This document shows, piece after piece, positions 26,511-38,210 of a stretch of DNA of 64,000 nucleotides. The stretch is from Monocercomonoides exilis PA203 (Eukaryota > Protista > Preaxostyla), in contig LSRY02000038.1 in the NCBI GenBank assembly GCA_001643675.2, positions 744,001-808,000 on the forward strand. The letters are read 5' to 3'. Each line of letters starts with the position of its first letter. Position 1 is the first letter of the stretch. The notes below the pieces were generated by a model. It made no database searches, had not been told where the DNA came from, and saw nothing but the letters and a program-made list of their open reading frames with translations. A program made the position numbers and the translations under genes.

Positions 26511-28029
26511 GAGCATCTTTTGTGATCTCGTAATCTCCTGCCAGCTGAAATCTTGATAAGGTGTCTGCTGTTGTGTTCTTCGTTCCCTGAAGATGAACTG
26601 CCTTCAGTTGAATGTTCCATTCTCTGCAGGTCGTCCAAATCCTCCAGAGGAGAGAGAGGAGGTTTGCTTACATTGTCCAACGATTGAGGTCTAAAACGGC
26701 TGTCGAGTTGTCCGATCTTATAAGAATGCTTTAGACTTTGTATTTGATGAAGAGGTGATGGAAATTGTTGAAAGCCAGAGGAATTGCCAGCATCCCCTTG
26801 AAATTGGAAGATTGAGTGGAGAATGTTGGGCCGAATGTCTGGTGGAAGTGGTGAAGAGAGTTTCCTATTCGTTGAACGGCACCACAGGCTCGAGGAGAAG
26901 CCTCTGTCGTCAATATTGCGTCTGGTTTGGAGAAAGAAACCCAAGGTCTCTCCTCCATCCTCCTCAGTCAGGCCTTCCAGTATTGAAGTTGGTTCATTAT
27001 TGAGTGATTGAGTATCATAGTCCCAGTCCATCCTGTTTTCTTGACTGCTGCATTGAGTGTCTTGTAAAGTTTGTTCATCTGAAGTGAAGCATCTTTGTGT
27101 ACGTACCGAATTGCACTTATGGAGCCAACGAGTGAGGCGAAATCCTTTGTCTTGACCACTGCTGATTTCCTTACCAAGTTTAACCACAGTTTTATATCCT
27201 TTTGCAAAGCTATACTGCGTTCTCTTTCTTCTGCAACCATCTTTGTCCTTGTCTTCCATGTCCATCCTAGGAAGTAGAATGTTTTCCTGGGATTTAGCTT
27301 GCTCTTCTTCATATTGAAGATCAATCCCAACTTGCCAAACAAGTCGACGATTTCTCCTGTAGCCCTCCGTAAAATGTCCTATTTCTCGTGGATCAGTATT
27401 ACATCGTCCAGATTTGCCATGCACCTGATGTTCCATCTCCTGCGTATTTCTTGGACCACCTTCCTCATCAGCTTTGTGAACACTCTTGGCGAGTCTTTGT
27501 AGCCAAAGGGAAGTCCTTTGAAGGAGTAGGTGTTCTCTCTGAATCTGAAAGCTAGAAAAGGGGGGGAAGTCCGAAAGAACTGGAACAAGGAAGTGGGCTT
27601 GAGAAAGATCTATTGTTGTCGCATAATCTCCTTCGTGAAGCAATCTCTCCAATGTTCTATGATCGTCTGATTTGAAGTGCGCATCCTTTATTGCCTTGTT
27701 AAAGGGATGGCAGTCCAGGATTTGTCAATATTTCCCGTTCTTCTTCCTGATGAAAAATTGTGTGTTCAGGCATCATGTGTCCTCTTCTCCAATTACGCAT
27801 AAGATGTTGTTTGAGACACTTTCTTTTATCCAATTCGCACATACTACCTCCTCCCTCTTTGTGCCAACAAAACCCCTTTGCAGTTTGACTTCTCGAATTG
27901 ATCTCTCTTTCGCAAATTTCCCTTTCCATATAGGGCGGACCCCGTTGTTGTTAGACTCTTGACGCCAATGCTCCTCCTCTCCGCGGCAAACAGCTGGGTC
28001 CTTCCACCTATTGTGGTCCCTTGCTCCAT
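26510..28029 (-). pseudogene. DIRS reverse transcriptase / RNase H, frameshifted
   Basis: IGGRTQLFA; LDCHPFNK; TIDLSQAHF; LPFGYKDSPRVFTK; NLDD (YxDD site mutated); FYFLGW. RNase H motifs TTEAS (DAS), SSNFKGMLAI and RSDNSTAV. Confidence 0.9.
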
Positions 28030-28145
28030 CTGCTTTTGGATGATCTCCCTATCTAACTCTGTGGTCTTGGAGATATTCGTGAGCTGACAGGGGCAGGTCC
28101 AATGCTTCGGGCCGGAAGCCGAAAAAATCTTCTTCGGTTGGGAAG

Positions 28146-28805
28146 TTAGCGTTGTGAGGGCTGCGAACGAGCTCTTCTTGCTTCGAGAATTGGTTTGATC
28201 TTGGAGAGCTTGTCTCCGGAAACAGTGGGGTCTTCTGTATCGGCTCGTTGTGCTCTTGCTGCATCAAATCCGTATTCTGCTTGGATTCTGGAATGTCTGG
28301 CTTCCTGAAACGCGTCATTCACAAGCATCATCGCGTCTGACAGTCTTTCAGTCCTTTCTGGTTTGTCTCGATGGGTTAGAATTAATGCTTTTACTGCTGG
28401 TATTAAGCAGCGTTCAACTCTCCACCCACTCGAATTGAGTGCGTCTCTTATCCAGTTAGAGGATCTTGAAAACATATGGACCTCGGATGGGATGAATGGG
28501 GGAAAGGCAAAGGGTTCATAAAATGAGATTGTGTCAGCCGTATCGGATGAGTCGATTTTCAAATCAAAAATAGAATCAGAGGTGTCTGACCTAAATAACC
28601 CCCTGCATAGTGATACAAAATAATCTTTTTCATTGGTAGACGGTCCGGTGGAGGGATCTCCTGTCGAAGATTGAGTTTGTTGATGTGGCGATACACTGCC
28701 TAAGGAGGTGGGTAACAGCACACAAGTGCCGCCTGTTTATCCGCTGAGAGTAAAACTACTTCCCAATCCCAATGCAGGTCCTGTTGCAGTGCTATCTATT
28801 TCCAT
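28146..28805 (-). pseudogene. DIRS gag-like ORF1
   Basis: ATG at 28805, about 20 nt inside the right arm boundary, in frame with ORF 28146-28721 apart from one TAA at 28739-28737. Called from its position upstream of RT. Confidence 0.6.
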
Positions 28806-30135
28806 GATCTGGTGAATGATTGAGCCCAAATTACTAACATTCCCATATCAAGAAGTGTTGTAGTTTTGTTTGTTCTTTTCGAAAAAGTGCCAATAAAGAA
28901 AAATGTCCCATTAAAAAGATAACCCTATAGATTTTTTTTTCTTTAAAAAGGATGCATGACAAAAACAGAAAATTCGCACCTAACAGGACCTATAATGTTA
29001 TATTAATGCATTTAATTGCAGAAAATCTGAAACAAAAACGAGTTTCTGAATGTTACTTTAAGTTGTGATCTGACTGCATTCGCTTTTTGGCAGCATTTTA
29101 TCTGCAGCCTTTTTGCAATGCGACGCCTGCACCTGATGACTTTGCTTTTTCTGCTTTTGTGTTTTTCTGGAGAGGTTGCCAAAATGCACCACGCCAGCTC
29201 TTTGGCAGGCTTTGCCGTTTCCGCACTTCACAAAAGATCTTCCGATTTGTGTTTGGCCATCAAAAGAAGTTGAATGAGAAACCCCATTTTATGGCTCTAT
29301 GCTTTGTTTTCCTTTTTGTTTCGTGTGCTTCCAGGTTTCCAGGTTTCCTGGTTTCCTGGTTTCCTGGTTTCCTGGTTTCCTGGTTTCCTGGTTTCCTGGT
29401 TTCTGAGAGCCCAACCCTCCGAAGTTTTTCTAGCATTTGCGCCAACTTGCCCTCCCCTTCCCCCCAAAAAATTAATAAAAAATAAAGATAAATAAAATAA
29501 AAGGCAAGGTTTGGTGTCTGGATGATCCTTCTGCTCAAAAAAGAAAAAAGAAAATAAAAAAAAAGCGAAGTGAAGAGAAAACGCAGCAGGCCACCATCTG
29601 AAGCTGCGAGGCCAGACAAAATAGCATGCTGATTGCCAGCCCAGCAGCAAAAAGCAAACAAAAACAAAGCAAAACAAAGTCTTAATAAATCTTATAAATT
29701 CTTATAAATTCTTATGAAATTAAACAAACAATTTGTAACAAAATGCAAAGCATAGCACAACATAAAAATACATGCAAAACATGAAAATACGAGTGGAAAT
29801 AAAAACACTTTCATGAAGACAAATGTACGACGGGAGAGGGAGCGAAATAAAGACAAGCAAGATTATCGATGCACCGCACAGCTCTGCCTCCAGCCGGCAG
29901 ACGCCACTTCCCCGGACGAGCCCGGCACACACATAAAACGCTGCATCCACCTTTCTTTCTGCTCAGATCCACCAGGAAAAAAAGAAAAAGAAAAAAGAAA
30001 AAAGAAATGGCAGGAGCAAGCATCAAATGCGTATCCCAGATGCGCGGCAGGGCATAAACAAATAACATCAAATGCACTCACCCACCTACTCACTCACTCA
30101 CTCAGCAAAAACAGAAAATTTTCCATTTTCATCTC

Positions 30136-30368
30136 TCCTTCCTCCCCTCTTCCTCCCCTCTTCCTCCCCTCTTCCTCCCCTCTTCCTCCCCTCTTCCTCC
30201 CCTCTTCCTCCCCTCTTCCTCCCCTCTTCCTCCCCTCTTCCTCCCCTCTTCCTCCCCTCTTCCTCCCCTCTTCCTCCCCTCTTCCTCCCCTCTTCCTCCC
30301 CTCTTCCTCCCCTCTTCCTCCCCTCTTCCTCCCCTCTTCCTCCCCTCTTCCTCCCCTCTTCCTCCCCT
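30136..30368 (-). repeat. 11-bp tandem repeat, mirror copy, ~21 units
   Basis: (CCCTCTTCCTC)n on the + strand. Confidence 0.95.
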
Positions 30369-30386
30369 TCTTCTCTTTTCTCTATC

Positions 30387-33300
30387 TCACGAATACTCTT
30401 TCGCCACATTCGTCATCGTGAATGCCATCTGCCCTCCTTCTGCCTCCTCCTCTCTCGGCGTCACCACCCCGTCTCCTCTGCTTCCTCTTCTGCTCCAAAC
30501 TCTGCTCCCAACTCTGCTTTGCCCTCTGCTCCCCTCGCCCCGCTTCCCGCCCTGCGCCGACGGCGGTGCTGGCAGCCCATACAGGCCATCCTCTGCCGTC
30601 ATCCCCAACAGCCCTGATGATGATGTTGTTGTTGTTACGTCTCCTGCTTCTCTCTTTTCTCCTGCATCTTCCTCCTCATCTTCCTCTTCTCCCACCACAG
30701 ACACCCTGCCCGTCGATGAATGCGACGAATGACTCAGTTGAGATGTGTGAGTCACTTGAGATGAATGCGACGATTGTGAAGTGGCTGTCTGCGCATTCCC
30801 AATCGGCATCGCCCCCAGCCCTCCAATCGGCCGAAGCACAAACTCACTCCCACTCCTTCCTCTTTCTCCCTCCTTTTCTCCCTCCTTTTCTCCCTCCTTT
30901 TCTCCCTCCTTTTCTCCCTTCTCCCTTTCTCCCTCTTCTCTATGTGATAAATGAGATGAGTCTGCCTCTATTGTTCCAGAAGACATCAGCCCTGTGTCTT
31001 TCCCACTCGCTGTCATTTCCTTCTCATCCTCTCCTTTCCCTTCCTCTTCTTCCTCTTCTTCCATCTCCGTCTCCATCTCTTTCCCCTTCATTTTCGTCTT
31101 ATCCTTCTCCATTTTCTCATCTCCTTCCCCTCCCTCCCCAGGCAAGTCCGGGTCGCGCCACATAAACTCCCGCAACACCCGCGCCCCCTTCACGTCTGCC
31201 AGCATCACCTTCTGCACAATCCACACCACCGCCGAGAAGATCCCCATAAACCCCATCAGCGTCGACAGCATGTTCGCAAAGAACGTGAACCACTTGTTCC
31301 GCGCCGTCCAGCTCGTCTGCAGGATGTCGATGTCCCGCTCAAAGTCCACCTCCACCATCAGCCCGTAGTCCACAAACATGTCGTCGTTCGTCGCCGTCGA
31401 CCCCAGCGCATACGACGAAGACACTATCTGCATCCCCTGGTGCTCCTCGTTCTGCGCATCCACAAAGAACGACGCTATCAGCGAGAACACAAACCGCAGC
31501 GGCGTCTTCCCTTTGATCGCATCCCCCGTCTCCGTCTTCGCCGCAATGCTCTGGAACGACATCCGGTCCCCCGCCTTCTCAAATTGGATCCCCGTGTCCA
31601 CTCGCATCCCTGCATACACCGCAAACGCATGCGCCTCCTCCTCCGTCGACTCCACAAAGATCTTCGGCCCTGCCCCATCTCCAACACCTCCTCCACTTCC
31701 ACTTCCATTTCCTCCTCCACTTCCTCCAAAGTCCATCTTGCTCAGCCCTGCTGCCAGGCGGATCTCGCAGTCGGCAACTGTGTTGTGGAAGATGTTCTTC
31801 GACGGCGTCTGCCGGCACTTGATGTCAAACGGCTCTCCTCCTCCTTTTATTCAATAACAACAATTTAATAATAACAAATAAAATAAAATTCAATGGCACA
31901 CTTGCATTCACAAAGTTCTGTGTCGAGATCTTCAGCGTGTCTGCACACTCCCCATACCCCGTCGCCTCCCCCACATCCTTCACCCCCCGCACACACGTCG
32001 CGTGCATGTCCTTCATCGTTATCACAAACTCCATGCTGTCCATCGTCGCCTCGTCCAGCTTCCGCTGCGGGTACATCGCCGACGAGATCAGCGCCTTCGT
32101 CTCCGTGATGTTGTTCAGCGCAAACTCCACAATGATATCTGCCATCGAGCACACCAGAAACGTCACAAACGTCGCCGTCACAAACGCCCCCACCTTCGAC
32201 TTCCGCATAATCTGCGGCGCTTTGTGCGTCGCCCTGTCGTAGTGCGCCGGGTTCGACTCCGAAAACACATCCACCAGCCAGATGTGCTCCCGGCACGGAC
32301 ACACACACAGCAGCACCCCAATCACCACCCCCAGCCCTATGCCCCCCAAATAGCACGCAATCATCACCACATACGACACCCCGTCCATCGTCTGGTAGAA
32401 CGGCGGCTGCTCATCCGTCTCGGCCGCCGGAGGAAACATCGCCTTGTTCGTCGTCGACCCCACAGGACAATACTTCTCTCCTTCTCCTTCTTCTTCCCTC
32501 GCTTTCTTTATATCTTCTTCATCATATATTTGTGTTGTATTGTTGTTGTTGTTGTTGTTGTTGTCCCTCCTCCCTTTTCCATCACCTCCCATAACCCTCC
32601 TTGTCTTCTTCACAACCACATCATCCCCATTCCCCACCTGCGCACTCTCCCCACACGGCGTGCACGTCCCCGACCCTTCCCGGTTGTTGTAGTACCCCGC
32701 CGGACACGACTTGCAGTGGTACGGCGACGACGCCCCCACCCACCGCGCCACCGACCCTGCCCGGCACAGCGTGCACGACTTCTGCTTCCACTTCTTGTTG
32801 AACGACCCCACCCCGCACGCCACGCACGCCGACGTCGCATCCGCCCCGTCCGACGCATATGTCCCCGGCGAGCAGTGGAACGCCCCCGCCAGCTCCACCA
32901 CCACCATCTGGTTGTGCGGCTGCTGCTCCGTCGGGATGTTCTTCCCGATGATCAGCCCCCCAAACGCATACACCCGCCGCCCAAACACCACTGCTGCCCC
33001 GCCCGCCATCTTCAGGAACCCTTCCCCGCCAATCCCCGCCTGCCGCCGCACCACCGGCGCACTCACGTTCTTCAGCTCCACATACGTCACACTGCTCTGC
33101 GGGTAGTCCACATCCAGCCCCCCGTATGACACAAAACCCTCGTCTGTCGCCACCGTGTAGCTCTCGTGGAACATCGCTGCCCCGTCCCCCGCCCCCACCC
33201 CCAGCTCTATCGGGTCGCTGTAGTACGCCAGCGCCCGCGTGCTGTTCTCCGTGTCGATGTAGAACGACGCGTCGTCGCACGCAAAGTCCACCAGCAGCTG

Positions 33301-35620
33301 GTCCACCCGCCCGATCGACTGTTTGTACCCCGAGATGCCCCCGCCGATCAGCAGCAGATCCCACTTGTCCTCTCCGCCCCCCACCCGCCGCGTCGTCGGA
33401 AACACAAACCCTCCCTCCCGCCCTTCCAGCTCATACTCCACATTCGCGGCCAGCATCCCTTTCTCTGCCAAGCGCTCCTGCTTGCTGTTCAGCACCCTCT
33501 TCTCTTTCCCTTTCCCTTTCCTCTTTCCCCCAATCTTCCCAAAGTCCACAACCTCCCCTCCTTCCCCTCCTTCCCATTCTGAATCTCTCATCCCTCTCCT
33601 CATCCGCTCCACAAACTCTGCCATCTTCCGCTTGTTCAGCGTCTCTGTGTCCACATCCCATTCATCCCCTTCTCCTCCTCTTTCTCCTTCTCCTTCTCCT
33701 CCGCTGTTCTCATACGACGGCCGCACAAACACTGGCGGGTCCTGCTCCATGTCAAACTGTGCCTTCGGCACATACTTCGTCCGGATCCGCATCCACTTCT
33801 GCGTCACCAGCGAGAACCGCCACACCTCGTTCGACGGCTCTGTCCCCACAAACCCCCCGATGATGAAGATCGTCTTGTGCAGCACCAGCCCAATCCCGTT
33901 CGTCACCGCCGGGCACCGGAAGTCCGTCAAAGGCTCAATCACCCGCCACCGGTGCGTCACCGACGAGTACGCCCACAGGTCGTTCTTCGCCTCCACACTC
34001 CCCGTCTCCGCGTTCTTCCCATACCCTCCATACACAAACAGCCGCCCCGCATGCTCGCACATGCAGAAGTCGTACAGGAACGGCGCCTCCCGCGACCCTT
34101 TCTCCGTCTCCCCCGCGCTCCACTCCTCCGTCCCGAAGTCGTAGCTGTGCAGGTCGTTCAGCAGCACCCCGCCTTCCCCAATCCCCCCAAAGATCCACAT
34201 CTTGTTCTCCACCGCCAGCGCCCGGTGGTGCGACCGCGGCTGCGGCACTGTCGGCATGTTCCGCGCTATCTCCTCAAACCGAAGCTCCAGCCTGTTCCTC
34301 ATCTTCTTCTCTCCATTCCCGTTCATATTCCCACTCCCACTCCCACTCCCACTCCCACTCCCACTCCCACTCCCACTCCCACTCCCACTCCCTCCCTCCC
34401 TCCTCCCACTCCCTCCCACTCCCTCCCACTCCCTCCCTCCCTCCCACTCCCTCCCTCCCACTCCCACTCCCTCCCTCCCCACTCCCTCCCACTCCCTCCC
34501 TCCTCCTCCCACTCCCACTCCCACTCCCACTCCCACTCCCACTCACTGTGTTGAACTCAACCTCAATCATGTCCCCCAGCTTCTCCCCATCCTTGTCTCC
34601 CCCAAATATAAACCCCACCCGCTTCCCCGCCACAACCGCATCCTCCATCACAATAACCCCGCACCGCCGCCGCCACAGCCGCTCCTCTGCCACCTCCACC
34701 ACCTCTGCCACCACCTCCTTCGTTGAGTCTGCTCCCCCAAAGTCCAGCACCACAAAGTCCCCCACTGTGCACGCCTCCGCCCCGTAGTCAAAGCCCCCAA
34801 ACACATACACACACGTCCCGTACTGCCCCAGCCCCGCCTCCACCCGGCTCCTCACAACAACCTCTGCCCCGCCTCCATCCACTGTCTTGCACAAACTCCA
34901 CACCCCGCTCCCAAGCTCCAGCTGGTACACCTCCTGCGTGCTCTTCCCCGACTTCGTCAGCCCCCCAAACACATACAGGCAGTCCCCCGTCGCATACGCC
35001 CCGCCCCCGCTCCGCTCCTCCGGCACCTCTGCCCCTGCGCTCCAGCTCACCTCCCTCCACCCCTTCGCGTCCATGCTCCACTCCCACACGTCCCGCTGCT
35101 TCCCCGCATAGTCCCGCCCCCCAAACACATACACCTTCCGCCCCGCCACCGCACAGTGCGCCCCCTGCCGCGCCGACGGCCGCACGCCCCCTTGCTCCAC
35201 CTTCTTCCACACATTCTCTTCCGTGTCAAACACAAACATCTCGCTCGACAGCCCGCTCGGCCCCTCCCCGCCCCACACATAGATCCCCCGCCCGTCTACA
35301 AAGCTCACAAAATTCTTCCGCTCCGGCGTCCCCACCCCGCTGTTCGTCTCGATCGGGTTGAAGTCCCGCGTCTTCGTGTTGTACGCAAACACATTCCGCG
35401 TGTACGCCCCCGTCTGCCCCACCCCCGCCACAAAGTACACCAGTTCCGCCCCGTCCTCCGCCGACCGCACCCCCACCATCGCCAGGCTCTCCCGCGGCGA
35501 CGGCCCAATCCCTCGCGCCGGCGACTTCCTGTACCCCACACACACCTCATCCCACACCACCGCCCCCCACACCCCGCATATCACCGCTGCTGCCATTTGC
35601 CACATCTGCATCCTGCCCAT
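30387..35620 (-). CDS. Second copy of the Kelch/Cys-rich membrane protein; intron 31901-31844; apparent frameshift in the expanded GGGAGT repeat (~34330-34545)
   Basis: ORFs 34274-35620, 31825-34542 and 30387-31736 align to the left copy. The frame changes inside the degenerate repeat, so this is either a pseudogene or a sequencing error. Confidence 0.75.
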
Positions 35621-35878
35621 CTGCTGACTCCAGTCTCGCTAACAAGCAAATACTAAAATATCAACAGCTGAAGCAAATAATTATGCATTCGACGCTGATC
35701 ATAATTTTTATTTTTTTTTCAACAATAATATTTGACTTTGATTTTTAATTGTGATATGTATGAAAATGTATTTCAAAATGTTTTGATGATTGAAATTGAA
35801 TGGAAATCATTCAATTTTGTTATTTTTTTTTTGTGATTGAATGAAAAATATTTGTAAGTGTTCGAAATAAGGATAATT

Positions 35879-38120
35879 CCATCGTTCAAAAACCAGATAC
35901 TTTTTCAAAAACTAGGGAATATTCTTCTTTGATTGTTTGCACTAATTTTCTTAAAATTTTAAGTGAATTTTTGTTATCTTTTTAGAATAAAATTCAAAAC
36001 ATACTGGTCGATAACAATCTTTATATCTATTCAAGAAAAAGTCAAAACACACACACTTTTTCAAGAAGTTAATTGAATTGGAATGAACAATATAAATCAA
36101 AATAGTACTGAAATTCTTAGCAAAGTTTTCATCATCATCGTACGAAATGAAAAGTCGCTTTTTCTTTTCTTTTCTTTCTCTCAATTCATTCTTGTTAAAT
36201 GTTTTCTCATAATTCAAACTCTTCTCATTTGGCTCATTTTTGTATCTTAGCAATTTCCTTAACTGATTTCTTGATTGCTTCACTTTTTTCGTGCGAATTT
36301 TCACAGGAATGCTGTCATCCTTTTTGTCTGGAAAATTTGAAACAGATGTTTCCTCACTTTCTGCTGGCTTCATGTTACTGCTATCTACATGACTTGTTTT
36401 TGTTTTCATCCTTTTGTTTGTGGGAGAAAAATTTTCATTCAACTCTGAGTCCCAGTTTGATTTTTTCTCTGTTCTTTGCGAAACGGGTGAACCAGAAACT
36501 CTTGACAGAACAAGTGCTGCCATCACAGGCCAAATACCAGTTTTTTGAAACGCGCTTTTAATTCTTGATGGAAATGTTGAAGAAGTGAGTGCTTCAGGAA
36601 GAACTTTTGCTTATTCACTTCGAAACGAAGAGGAAGAATGTGGCTGCGGTGGGTTGAAATTGTCATTAAATGTCTTTTTTAATCTTGCAAATATGCTGCT
36701 ATCGCATGGCTGAAGAAGATGAGTGAGATTTAGAGGAAATCTCATGACAATCATTCCTTGTTTTTCTGCGCATTTCTCAACTTTTTCATTGATGTGAGAA
36801 GGATGATTATCAAGAAGGAAAACAGCTTTTGGCATATTCAAGAGTTTCATTTTTGTTTTAATCGAAAAAATCCAATGAGAAATCATAATTGTTTCAAAGA
36901 TTGATGAATAAATCCCTTTTGAAGATGATGAGATAAAACGTGTGTTGAATGACGTTAGAGTTCGAAATTCTATTGGGAGCTTTCGACTGGAATAAAGAAG
37001 AAAAGAACGCAAAGACGATCCATCAGCACAAACACAAACACAAAGAGTCGAATTTGTTGTTTTGTTGGGAATTGGATGTGACGGAGGTATTTGATATCTT
37101 GAACACACACACAGCTTGCTTGAGCTTTCTCCACATCTCAAAGATGTTTCATCGAAATTTAATATACAGTTTTCACCAATATTGTATTTTTCCAAAACAT
37201 TTTTGAATTGGTCAAACCATTTACGGATACCATCTGGTGACTGTGCCAACATTTTAGATCGTTCCATTTGTTTGGATAATGCAGATTTGAGAATTTTGTA
37301 ATGATCGATCATATAATATGCAGCTGAAATACATGGAAATTTTATTTTTGTTTTTTCCTTTGAGTTTTCTTCATAGTAATCTTTCATCTAAATATTTATT
37401 AAAATTAAAAGAAATTAGAAAATTTCATTTCAGACCATTTTGAAGATATCTTTTACTCGAACAACCTTCCCTTCTGACAGCATAACAATTGTTTTGTTTT
37501 CAATTGTTTCAATCATTGAGTCTGAAATAATGGAAGGTCTTCCATTGATTCCGACTTCTCTATTATTCTTTTGGGCATTCACTCCTCGATACCAACAGCC
37601 TTTCGAAATAATGCCAGATCCTATTGCCACACGAGGTGACACAACATTATTCTTTTTGATTTCAAAAATTTTCTTTGAAATGCTGTCCCATTTCCTAATT
37701 ACAGCGCATGCCGACTATTTTTGAAGGTCTGATTCAGAAAGTTCGCAATGGTTTGTCATTTTAATGGCTTTGATCTTTCGACTTCAATAATGAAATTTCA
37801 AAAAAGGAAATGAAATTCATTCGATCAAATATGTTGCAGTATAAAGAAATAAATTCCATGTTATCAATCTTAGAATATTCCTTCATGTTTCACAATTTGA
37901 AACGTTGTTGTTTGTCTTAACTGAAATATTTCGATGTTTCTTCAATTTTATGCAAACATTGACACAAGATTAAAAAAACAATGAAATCCAACTGTTTGAA
38001 TTTTGAAAACGATTATCTGAAATTGGATGAACAAATTTCAGGAATGATTGCGAAATAAAAATGAGATATGTTTTTGTTCAGTCTGGGTATTAGAAAAAGT
38101 ACCGGGTTTCAGAACAATGG
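35879..38120 (-). mobile_element. pogo-like DNA transposon with degenerate TIRs
   Basis: Left end CCATCGTTCAAAAACCAGATACTTTTTC vs right-end reverse complement CCATTGTTCTGAAACCCGGTACTTTTTC. TA follows the right end. DDE transposase inside. Confidence 0.75.
35951..37759 (-). pseudogene. pogo-like DDE_1 transposase; intron 37435-37388; in-frame TAG and TAA
   Basis: LNFDETS, FLLDNHPSH, PLNLTHLLQPCDSSIF and SAFQKTGIWP. The 48-nt GT...AG intron joins the ORFs in frame. Stops near 37716 and at 36613-36611. Confidence 0.87.
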
Positions 38121-38210
38121 TATATATATAAATTGCTAGAGTTCGAGTTGAATCAAGTTTTTAATGATTGTTTCAATTTTCCCAACAACAATAAATTATC
38201 ATCTTTTATA

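Larger units (their letters stand above)
24848..28825 (-). mobile_element. Coding core of a DIRS-type tyrosine-recombinase retrotransposon (degenerate)
   Basis: Minus-strand order gag-like, RT, RNase H, N6-adenine MTase-like, tyrosine recombinase, which is the DIRS1-group layout. Bounded by inverted repeats. Confidence 0.9.
28826..35702 (-). repeat. Right arm of ~6.9 kb inverted repeat
   Basis: Starts CCAAATTACTAAC (28826). Outer similarity ends near CTGATCAT (35702), matching ATGATCAG at 17941. Confidence 0.95.

Noticed and set aside
17963-35656. Many long overlapping and antisense ORFs in the Kelch genes
   Set aside because: By-products of GC-rich biased codon usage; low-complexity translations with no motifs.
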